From assembly GCF_009914755.1 (NCBI RefSeq), contig NC_060943.1: a DNA stretch of 64,000 nt; one strand, 5' to 3'. The notes below the pieces were generated by a model that saw only the letters and a list, made by a program, of their open reading frames with translations, had not been told where the DNA came from and made no database searches. Origin of the DNA: the human T2T-CHM13v2.0 reference genome, Homo sapiens. Of this stretch, positions 16,471 through 45,419 are shown piece by piece. Within the stretch, counting starts at the first letter, position 1. Every line of letters starts with the position of its first letter. The position numbers were made by a program, and so were the translations under genes.

Positions 16471-16703
16471 TTATCACCACCATGATCACGCCACCAGCAT
16501 TATCACCACCGTGACCACGCCACCACCGTTATCACCACCGTGACCACGCCGCCACCGTTATCACCACCGTGACCACGCCGCCACCGTTAATCACCGCCGT
16601 GACCACGCCGCCACCGTTATCACCGCCGTGACCACGCCGCCACCGTTATCACCGCCGTGACCACGCCGCCACCGTTATCACCGCCGTGACCACGCCGCCA
16701 CCA
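16471..16703. repeat. 29-bp minisatellite, 8 copies
   Basis: Unit TTATCACC(A/G)CCGTGACCACGCCGCCACCG starting at 16471, 16500, 16529, 16558, 16587 (30 bp), 16617, 16646, 16675. Confidence 0.95.
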
Positions 16704-16853
16704 TTATGCTACATCCTGCTGATGCCTCCACCTCCCCTCCTTTGCCTTTATGACTTACCCTTGGCCCCCACAACCCTCTCTCCGCTCCCTTGGTCCTATT
16801 CTGGTTGGAAATGCTCCAGAATAGTAATGCTTGCTCAATTATTTAACTCCTAC

Positions 16854-16985
16854 CTGTTTTCTTCCAGAGCTGGCCTGTCCTCCCCGCAGCAATTACGAGC
16901 TCTGCGGCTCCTCCTGTCCTAGCTCTTGTGCCGAGCCTGCCCTGCCCGACAGCTGCCTGACACCATGCCAGGATGGCTGCCAGTG
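16854..16985 (-). ncRNA. HPN-AS1: Possible first exon of an antisense lncRNA running leftwards (HPN-AS1, from recalled locus layout)
   Basis: Minus-strand donor-like sites at 16853 (CAG|GTAGGA), 16758 (GG|GTAAGT) and 15748 (CAG|GTAGGT). The transcript itself cannot be shown from sequence; identity and boundaries rest on recall. Confidence 0.3.
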
Positions 16986-17461
16986 TGACCCAGGCTTTGT
17001 GCTCAGTGGCATGGACTGCGTGCCCCCAATCCAGTGCAGCTGCTCCATGGGGGGCAGGTACCACCACCCGGCCGGGGAGGCCTTCTGGACTGGGGAGCGC
17101 TGTGAGCAATTCTGCCACTGCCAGGCCTCCACCCACGCCGTGTGCTGCTCCCCGTCCTCCTGTGGGCCGGGGCAGAGATGTGAGACCCTCAGGGGCATCT
17201 TTGGGTGCCACCCACTCTCCCCTGGCATTTATCAAGCAACCATGCACTCACACGTCGCCTCCTTTGACCGGAAGAGTGTTGAGTTTCCAGGCACTTGCGC
17301 TTCTGCTTTTACCAAGTCCTGTGGCTCCTCCAGCTCATTGCGCCTTTTCAAGGTGGAAATTGGGAAGGAGAAACAAGTCCAGCAGTCCCATTGTGTTCAT
17401 TTCAAAGATGTAGGTTCATGGGACCCAGGTTTGTCTGCAGAGAGAGCCCCGACCTGATGAG
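16868..17461 (+). pseudogene. Pseudoexon G: TIL + TILa + VWD N-half (GDPH decayed to MHSH)
   Basis: ttttcttccag|LACPPRSNYELCGSSCPSSCAEPALPDSCLTPCQDGCQCDPGFVLSGMDCVPPIQCSC...SFDRKSVEFPGTC; frameshift near 17370, TAG 17411-17413, donor |gtaagc. Confidence 0.93.
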
Positions 17462-18863
17462 GTAAGCACTCATTGGCATCTAGAGACTCTTGAACCGATT
17501 GAAGCTAAAAGAAATACATTGGCTCAAACTAAGTAAAAATCATGTGATAGCCTAGTGAAAGTGTAGAGATTCTGGGTCCACAGAAGTTCCCTATATACCA
17601 CTTTGGCTGTTTTGGTTACAGAAAGCCTCATAAAAGGTAACTCAAACCAGTCACAGACTGTGTTTTATGATTTTTAGACTAATTACATAACTGAAAATTC
17701 CAGAGGGAGATCAGGCATGGTTTGATCAGGGTGCTAACTCAGTTTTTCAGCATTTCTCTTGGTCTGTGTTTCTCTATAGCATTAGCTTTGTCCTCAGGCT
17801 GGCTTTTCTTGTGATGGCAAAATAACTGCCAATTTTCCAGTCATTAAATGTGTATTCCCCATTGTCCAAAACCCGAATCTTTTCTTACCCCAAGTACTCA
17901 ACAAAAATTCCAATGCTTCACTTTGATTAAACCCCACTGAGCCAATCAGTGCAGCCCAGAGGTTTTCTTAAGCCTATCTAATCCTACTCAGGAGTTGTAG
18001 GTGGGAGAGATCCTGCCCCTACCCCCCATCTCTGGCAGCTACTTCTTGCAGGGAGAGAGGGCAAAATGGGAATCCACCCCTGTGTCCCTATGTCCCCCCA
18101 AACCAGTATTTCTTCTTAACAATCTTCAAAGAGTGTAAATGCCCTGGTAAACCTCCACTCTGAGACCTGAAACTTTTGTCTAGAACCCACAGGGGTGGAT
18201 GTGTTTTCTAGGCCCGAGGGCCCCTGCCTACAAGAGTTCCATTGTTGGCTATTGGAAAACACACAGCCACACCCCTCCCACTCCACCCCCTTCCAGGAAG
18301 GGAACCAGCTTTCAGAATTAGTCATGCTGTCAGCGTCCCACACAACGAGCCCATTGACTCCAAAGGGCAGCCCAGCAGATGGACTGCTATTATCCCAGTG
18401 GTACAGATGGGGAAACTGAGGCCCAGGAAGGCAGACTTGCTTGCCTAATGTCACATAAGGAGAAAGTGGCTGTGCTAGGATTGGAACCCAGGCTGTCAGG
18501 TTCTGAGCCCTTCCCTTTCTGTCTGTGGGCCTACTGTGTGCTCCCAAAAAGCTGTGGCCAAATTAAGGAGGTGGCATGTCTGATTCATCTGTGGCGGGGC
18601 CTGGGATATATAGTAACTCTCAACAATGGTGTTCATTAGTCCGGGCATGGAGGCTCACGCCTGTAATTCCAGCACTTTGGGAGGCCGAGGCGAGTGGATC
18701 ACCTGAGGTCAGGAGTTCGAGACCAGCCTGGCCAACATGGAGAAACCCCATCTCTACTAAAAATACAAAAAAATTGCACTTTAGGAGGCTGAGGCAGGCA
18801 GATCACCTGAGGTAGGGAGTTCAAGACCAGCCTGGCCAACATGGAGAAACCCTGTCTCTACTA

Positions 18864-19054
<191 letters not shown>

Positions 19055-19622
19055 TCATCCACTCATTAAAAACTTCCTGAGCACCCACTATGTGCCAGAC
19101 CCTGGGCTCAGTGCTGGGGAAACAGCAGTGGGTGGAACGGTCAAGATCTCTCCATCGTGGTGGAGCTGAGATTCCAGAGGAGAGAGAGACAATAGGCCTC
19201 ACCAGTATGAATTATATAGTTTGTCAGGAGGCCGTATGCGTTCGTGTCAGGGAAGAACATACAGAACAGGATGGGGAGGGGCGGTGGTGGCTTCCAGATG
19301 GAAAAGATGGTTTTAAATTGAGAAGCCAAGGAAAGCCTCCTTGAGAAGGTGATATTTGAGCAGAACCCCAGGAGAGAGGCACTCATGTGCACATCTCAGG
19401 GGTGAGTGAGTCCTGCAGGGGCTGGATGGGGCCTCGTGCATTGGACGAGCCACAGGGAGGCTGGTGTGGCTGGAGCTGAGCGAGGGGCTGGGGAGAAGAG
19501 ACGATGAGGTCAGAGAGGTGACGGGGACCAGATGGTGGGGGACTTATGGGGCTAGTGAGGACTTCGCTTTTGCCTGGAGCCAGGTGCGCCGAGGACAGGG
19601 CTCTGAGCCAGGTGGGCCCTGA

Positions 19623-20117
<495 letters not shown>

Positions 20118-23100
20118 TGATCCGCCTGGCTCAGCCTCCCAAAGTGCTAGGATTACAGGCGTGAGCCACCACGCCCGGCCGCCCCTGTTGTTTTTAGTAC
20201 TCCGTGCACTCCCTGCAATCACACAGGTTGTGTGTGCAGCCAGACGTGGGGTGGAATCCTGACTGCCCGTTAATTAACTGGGTGACTTTCCGCTAAACAA
20301 CTAAGCCCGGGTGCCGCAGTTTCCCTAAGTGGAAGAATAACTCTCCGCAGGCAGTTAAGTCCTGCAGCCACAAGCCCCCGGATTATTGGTTGAGAATAGA
20401 GAGACAGTCAGCAATCGTAGGTAAATGACTCAGGCCCGAGCAGGGGTGTGGCGCTGGCGCAGGCTGAGTGCGGCACTGCCTTCTTGGATACCAGGGTGCA
20501 GGGGGAAGGGGATGTGGAGATGGGTCCCGGCTGCCAGCAGGCTGCTGGGTCAGTGCCTCCCCGCAGCTGAGGGTGCCAGCCAGGATCTTAGAACTGCAGA
20601 CTCATGGTCCTGCCTCTGCAGCCAGGAGGGAGCCTGCCAGCCCCAGCACCAGCCTCAGAGCCTTGGGGCTCCCACCGTTAGGGGGCTGGGGCTGGGTGGC
20701 CAGGAGGAGTTAAGTCACCCACAGCCAGGAAGGGGCAGAGCTGGGACCCAAGGGGCTGTGAACGGTGAACTGATCCAGGAGGAAGGAGAAGGAAGACATT
20801 GTGGGAGGGCCAACAAGAACACAGGCAAAGGAAAAATATATAGACAGTAAAAGGAAAAATATATATAGATAAAATATTCAATATATAAACTATAGTAATA
20901 TACATAAATATAGAGTTTCTTAAGTTCATTTAAATTCTGTTTCCTTAACTGTTAGTTTACCTGGTTCTAAATTTACTTTTCCTTCCACTTTTTCGGTGTT
21001 GTTTTTTATCTTGTGATTTATTATTTTGTGTTAACTTTAATATTACATTTTTAAGGGCTGGGCGCAATGGCTCACGCTTGTAATCCTAGCACTTTGGGAG
21101 GACCAGGCGGGCGGATCACTTGAGGTCAGGAGTTCGAGACTAGCCTGGCCAACATGGTGAAACCCCATCTCTACTAAAAAATTACAAAAAATTAGCCGGG
21201 TGTGGTGGCGGGCACCTGTAATCCCAAGCTACTCAGAGGCTGAGACAGGAGAATTACTTGAACCTGGGAGGCGGAGGTTGCACAGTGAGCCAAGATCTCA
21301 CCACTGCACTGCAGCCTGGGTGACAGAGCAAGACATTGTCTTGAAAAAATATATTGTTTAATTGATTTTTTTCCCCAACTTTTGAGATTTTCGACTATAG
21401 AAAAGTCATGTAACCCGTACAATCCACTCAAATACCCTTCACATAGCTTCCTCAATTCTTAGTATTTTGCCTGATTCGCTTTATCTCTTTATATCTATGT
21501 AATTTTCTTCTGAGTTTCTGTGTCTCACTTTTCCTGTCCCTATTTACTTGTCCAGGCGTTTTCAAAAGACTCAGTCTTCTCTGTTGTTGGTTGACCAATA
21601 AATAAATATTTAGCCTTTTTCTGGAGGGAGATCACAAAACAGGACAGAGCTCTTCCTGAATCCTTCAGGCGGATTCGCCCTCTCTTCCTGTTCTGCGGAG
21701 GACAGTCCTGGGGCCTTTGCTGTGTCAACCATGCCCCGAGGCACCCCAGAAGCTGCATCTGTCGAGTCTGTGCTGTAATCATGGCCTTGAAGGTGGAAGG
21801 CAGGTCTGAGATGGGAGGTGACAGGAGCAGGTCTGGGCCGGAGCAACCGCAAGCGCCCGTCTCCTTCTCTCCCTCCCTCCCTCCCTCCTTCCCTCCCTCC
21901 CTCCCTCCATCAAACCAGGCAGAGCTGGGGCCTGGGGCACCCCAGGGAGACAGACCTGCCACCTCAGCAATGGCTTCCAGGTGGGAATGGGGGTCTTTTA
22001 GTCCAGACTTTTCCAGAGATGCTGGAAACACAGCTTGTCCTGCTGTTTAAATGTTTGCAATTATTAATTTTTGCAATGCTTTGTAAAAACTAAAGGTACA
22101 ATAGTTGGGTTCCACCCTGGGACCGCCAGTTTGCAATCCTTCTCTTAGGGACTGAGTCAGGCTGGGGGGGGGGTGCGGGCTGCAGGGCTCCCACTTGAAC
22201 CAGAAGTCCCTGTCCCAGATGTCTAGCTCCAAATGTGTTCCCTGCCCTTTCCTGCTTCCCTGTAGTTCCTGCCCGCACCCAGGACCCCCAGCCATCTGCC
22301 CAAGCCCTCCCCACCCCCACCACGCCGCCCCCACTCCCCACATGATGGGGAAGCTGGCCAAGACATTCATTCCTCCACACCCCCTGCCCCCATCAGCAGC
22401 TCCACCCTCAGCACCCCCACCTCAGCTCCTCCTGCAAGGCCTCCGTGGATGGGGGGTGGCGGTGGAGAAAGCCTTTCTTTTATAATTGTTTTAAACCTAC
22501 TTTTATTTTTATTTTTGTAGAGACAAGATCTCTCTATATTGCCCAGGCTGGTCTTGAACTCCTGGACTCAAAGGATCCTCCAGCCTCGGCCCCCCAGAGT
22601 GCTGGGATTACAGGCGTGAGCCATGGTGCCCAGCCTGGTAATTAACAGATACTTCGTGACCACCCACTATGCACCAGGCCCTGTTCTATAATTCAGATGA
22701 AAATCCCTGAGAGGAGCTGATGTGCTAGCAGGGGAGGCAGATAGCACCACAAAAAAAAAAAAAAAAGCAAACAGAAGTCAAAAGGTCATAGAGAGGTCAG
22801 GGGGTAGGTGCGATGGTGGTCGGGGAAAGCCACTTGAACCTCATGGCTTTGAGCTGTCCAGATGCGGGAGAAAAGAGAGCCAGGCAAGGGAATAGGCATT
22901 GCAAGGGCTCTTGGCCAGAAACATGCCTGGAGTGATCCAGGAACGGCAAGGAGGCCCAGGTGGCCGGAGCAGAGTGAGTGACAACAGGGGTTAGGGGGAA
23001 CCCTGAACCTCCCCTGAGTTTCCCTAGTCTGTAAGATGGGGGTCTCCAACCGGTGGCCCCAGGGCCTTATCCAACCACTGGATATTTTTCATTCTGTCTA

Positions 23101-23141
23101 CAAAGTGTTAAGAAAACGAAGTTACCAACATTTAAAAATCA

Positions 23142-23258
<117 letters not shown>

Positions 23259-23270
23259 CTAAAAAAATTA

Positions 23271-23821
<551 letters not shown>

Positions 23822-26800
23822 TCAGGGAGCCTGTGGACTCTTGGCCACTGTGTCACCTCACATGGCTCCTGGAAGCCAGGCGGACAGTGATACGTCCACA
23901 GCCACACCATCCCCATGGTGGTGGGACAGGGTTACCTGCCAGTGCCCACTCTTCTCCCACAGGTGCTGAGACCACAGCGCTGTTCCACAAAGCCCCAGGA
24001 AGCCACATTACCCTGTCCACCGGCCTCTCTAGCCCCATCTTGCCCAGGAAGTGGGACCTTGGCGTATCGCTGTGACCACACCTCCCAGCCGGTCAGCCTG
24101 GCCGCTCAGGCTCTACCTGCAAAGGCAAGGCCCCACCCAACCAGCACCCCTCTCATGGCTGGGGGTGCCTCCAGGCTGCCCTCTCTAGGGCCAGGAGCCT
24201 GCAGAAACGCTCCCAGCCTTAAATAAAGAGCAACGAAATTATTGAAACAAAATCAATAAAAGTTTGAATCAGGGATGGTATAACATGCTCTGGCTTTGAT
24301 TCTGTGCTTTAATTCAGCGTTCCTGAAAAACTTATGATGTCAGAAACTATCTGTAGGTTTGGTTTTTTTCATTTTGCAAGAATTCCCAGGATATGGAGAA
24401 ATCACAGCCACTCACAGCCTTAACAGGTTCTTTGGGCCCAAATGATTCCAAAAGCAAAACGAGAGAAACTTTTTCAAATATGTTTATTATGTATATTATA
24501 TACAATATATTAATAAAACATATTACCTACGTGCATTTAAAACATAACTGAAGTCAGATTGGCCCAGAAGACTCACTCCAAATGAGACCTAATCCCCAAT
24601 AGGGTGCAAGTGACTGCACAAACTCTACTCCTCACAGCCCTTCCTAAGACTCAGTGTGCTCATCACACTAGGGTCTCAGAGTCCTTCTGACCATAAACCC
24701 AAGCCCCAGCCCCAGCCCAACACACACTTGGACGCAGCATGTTCACGTCCAGCCTAGGAAGAATTTATGGTTGACCTGGATTGGGTAAAAACCGTAAACG
24801 TCTGTACCTCAGAATGTAAGATCATGGTGTTTAAAACTACAGAACATTCAGAGGTTGTCAGAAGTCTCTAATTGCTGGTCCCCCAGGTTGAAACCAGCCC
24901 TTAGGTTGAAATTTTGACCTGCAAATTTTTTTTTTAATCTGAACCAAATTTTTTAAATTAAACCCCTTTAAGGTAGTACATTTTCAAGATGCAAAATTCA
25001 AAAAATATAAGAGGGCACGTGATAATGAGTGAGTCTCACTTCCACCCCACCCTCCAGCCTCCCAGTTTCCCTCTCCAGAAGCCATGGGTATGGATGCCAA
25101 TCTCCAAAAATATTTTATTCATTACAAGTATATACATATGCATTATTTTACCGCTCACAAATGGTAGCACACTGCACGGTTTCCCAATACCTTGTTTTTT
25201 TTCCCCTTAGCAAGCTGTCTGGGAAATACTTCTGTATCTAACCACGGGCAGGGGTGTTCCTCCAAGATTTTTAGACAACAGTTCTCCAGTTCACCCCGTT
25301 CCGGTGAAGGGCAGAGCACCCCCCGCCCTTCCCAGCCACCCTGTACACGCCCCTACTCGCTCTCGGATGCCTGCAGTTCCCAGGCTTCCCAGCAGAGGGA
25401 GACACCATTCCACTCCCAAGACCACCAAGGGGTCGTCCCAGACACAAGCTTCAAGGGTCTAGGGAAGAGACGCTATCCGCCCAGACACAAAGACCCCCCT
25501 TAGCTATACTGAGTTGGCCTCCGGGCCTCCCCTTCCTGTTTCTATCTCCTCCTGGACCTGTTGCTTAGAGCCCTACCCCGAGGTCCCCCCGCCCGGCTTC
25601 CTTATGGGAACTGGCCCCGCCTTAAGAGTGGTAGGAGGGAGCCTTACCCTTGTCTAGGACCTGGGCTTGACAACTTGCCCCAGGGAACCACATAGAGAAG
25701 GGGTGTAGCGCTGGGCGAACATTGCCCTCCCCGATCCCTCAGCGATGACAAGTGGGGGGTCCTTCTCTCTGCCCCCAGCAGGCCAGTTTCCGGAAGAGCC
25801 TTGACCCAAACCCCCTTTTCCTGTCCTGTGCTCCACACTCCCAGCAGCTGCTTCTCCCTGGCCAGGCCCTGCAGCCCTCCTCCCCGCCCCCACGGTGGTG
25901 TTGGGGTCGCCTGGAGTCCAGCTGGTGTCCAGGGCAGAGCTACCCCTTTCCTGGCCCTACCCCTCCCCGTGACCCCAATCCTCCGCCAACCGCTCAAAGG
26001 ATCCTTGTTCTCCATCCAGCCCCCAGACAAAAGTCCCTCTGTCTAAGAAGGCGGAATTGAGGGGAGGGGGCACCCCCAACTGGGACCATGGGGGAGCCTG
26101 CACAGACCCCATCCGGAAGGAATGCCTGGAGGAGGAGGAGCAGGAGACAGGGGAGGAAAGGGGGAGGGAGGCTTGTACAGTGCAGGGGGCCTTATGTGGA
26201 CTAGGAGGCAGCCGCCCCCACCAGCACCCACTCTGTAGACCCAGGCGTCTGGCTCCCAGCACCCACGGAAAGAGCCTGGCTAGGAAACTGCAGCCTGGTG
26301 CCTGGCAGACAGTTCTCATTCTCCCCAGGGCAGGGAGCAGGTTATGACCAGGACTAAGGTCCCAGAGTCCCCACCCTGACCCCTCCCTGCTGTTCCAGCC
26401 GCTCCCTCATATCCACCCCTGCCCCATCTCCTGACTTTGGTCACGCTAGCATCTTCTGCTGATCCTGAAATTGTACCAGCGGCAAGATGTGGCCTGGAAG
26501 GGGACTTTAAGTTCTCCACAACTGCCAGCAATCCTTCCACCAGGCAAAACACATCATCTAAGGAAAAGAAGTGAGGTCGGAACACCAACGCATCATCTCA
26601 CTGCATGGCCCTGGAGGCTCTGCCGTTTAAAGACCCCAGAACCTTCCCCATTCAAGGTCCTCTCCTGGGCACAGGAGATTGGAGAAAGCTCCTCCCTTAA
26701 TTCCAGGGACCGAGTTCCAGCCCATCCAATTCTCCGTCTCACCTGAGGCTGCTGTGGTCCTGGTGACCCCAGGGAGCAACCTGCCGCCCATGGCTGGGGA

Positions 26801-26829
26801 GGGGGTGAAGCTGTCTCTTTAAGAGCAGG

Positions 26830-29930
<3,101 letters not shown>

Positions 29931-30055
29931 GTGAGCTGCGCACCCTGCCTGGGGAGCAGGGGAGGAGGGTTGGGGAGCCACAGGCACAGGGCCAGCCTCC
30001 CGGTGGCTCTGCTAAGGCCGGACCTCCCGCCACCCCTCTAGGCCAGCGCTCTGAC

Positions 30056-34136
<4,081 letters not shown>

Positions 34137-34978
34137 TGAGGACAGACCAGCTGAAATTGGGTGGAGGACCGTTCTCTGTCCCCAGGTCCTGTCTCTGCAC
34201 AGAAACTTGAACTCCAGGATGGAATTCTTCCTCCTCTGCTGGGACTCCTTTGCATGGCAGGGCCTCATCTCACCTCTCGCAAGAGGGTCTCTTTGTTCAA
34301 TTTTTTTTAATCTAAAATGATTGTGCCTCTGCCCAAGCAGCCTGGAGACTTCCTATGTGTGCATTGGGGTGGGGCTTGGGGCACCATGAGAAGGTTGGCG
34401 TGCCCTGGAGGCTGACACAGAGGCTGGCACTGAGCCTGCTTGTTGGGAAAAGCCCACAGGCCTGTTCCCTTGTGGCTTGGGACATGGCACAGGCCCGCCC
34501 TCTGCCTCCTCAGCCATGGGAACCTCATATGCAATTTGGGATTTACTAGTAGCCAAAAGGAATGAAAGAGAGCTCTAACCAGATGGAACACTGGAACATT
34601 CCAGTGGACCCTGGACCATTCCAGGAAAACTGGGACATAGGATCGTCCCGCTATGATGGAAGTGTTCAGACAGTTTATAATAGTAAGCCCCTGTGACCCT
34701 CTCACTTACCCCGAGACCTCACTTTATTACAAGATCTTTCCAAATACCCAAATGTCCCTGCAAGCCCGTTAAATAATTCCCTATGCTACCCTTAATAACA
34801 TACAATGACCACATAGTGTGAGAACTTCCAACAAGCCTCAAAGTCCCTTGAGACTCCCCAATACCTAATAAGGCATGCGAAATGTTCTCATGAACTACCC
34901 CACAACACGCCTAAAACTCAAAACACCCAAAAATATCTCCTCCAATGTCCTGAAACATGAACCCAAAAAGAGACCCAC

Positions 34979-34984
34979 AATAAA
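34979..34984 (+). terminator. FXYD3 distal polyadenylation signal
   Basis: AATAAA about 840 nt after the FXYD3 stop. Confidence 0.6.
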
Positions 34985-35207
34985 CTCGTGACTTGTCCCC
35001 TCATCATGCCGTTTTATCCCTCAAACATCCCCTGAGTCCCTCCATAACCACGAACCCACACTCAGAGACCATGAACTGCGGAAACGCCTCCCTGGGACCT
35101 GGGCCGCTCCGAGCACTGCTCCAGGGACACCATCCCCGCCCTGTGCCGTTCACAGGACATCCTCTCCCAAGGATCCACAACACTGGGCGGGGAGGGTGCA
35201 CAGCGCA

Positions 35208-35213
35208 TTTATT
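35208..35213 (-). terminator. LGI4 polyadenylation signal
   Basis: TTTATT on + (AATAAA on -) about 660 nt past the LGI4 stop. Confidence 0.8.
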
Positions 35214-35871
35214 GAGCTCGGACTCGTCTTGTCCTTGCCTCCGTCGCCCATCTAGAAGGGCACCAGGCTCCCCGCGACACCTCCCGCTGTCCCTCCCTGT
35301 GCCCCGGCGCACGCGCAAGAGGCGCAAAAGGCACAGCTTGCTGGGCGGCCGCACGCATGCGCACAAGCAGCAGAGGGGAACCCGCCCAGTGCTGAGTTGT
35401 CTTCGAGGTTGGCGCTCCTCCAGGAAAGCGATTGGCTGCGTGGAGTTTAGAATGGGAAAGGAATGCCATCAACCCCTCGGTGCTTTCAGAGGGACCAGCG
35501 GGGTAGGAGCGGGTTGAGAGGGGGGCTCCGGGACCTCATGGAGCTCTGCACGTGACCTCCACCTCGACTCCATGCAGTGCACCAGCCTGCACCCCCCAGG
35601 TTGCCTTTGATGGGGAATCTGCCCCAGCCGAGATGTCCAGATGTTGCTTTAGACCTGAAGGGCAGCTCGGGAGGTCCAGTAGGCTGGGACCCTCTATGTC
35701 CCCCCATGGGTGCAGATCCTTTAAGAAGTGGGCTTAAGGCCTAGACGTGTGGCTGATGAACGTGGCCCACGGTCAGCAGCTCACAGGCGGGCCATCACCC
35801 CAAGTAGGGCCAGGAGCCAGCCAAGGGGCCGTCCAGGGGCCCCAGCCATGCCCAGAGTCCCGTTGGTGGTC

Positions 35872-45419
<9,548 letters not shown>

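Noticed and set aside
15744-16514. Poly-His and poly-Val/Met ORFs
   Set aside because: Stop-free frames of a trinucleotide tract; no coding evidence.
16471-16703. CRISPR-like array
   Set aside because: Head-to-tail repeats without spacers in mammalian DNA.
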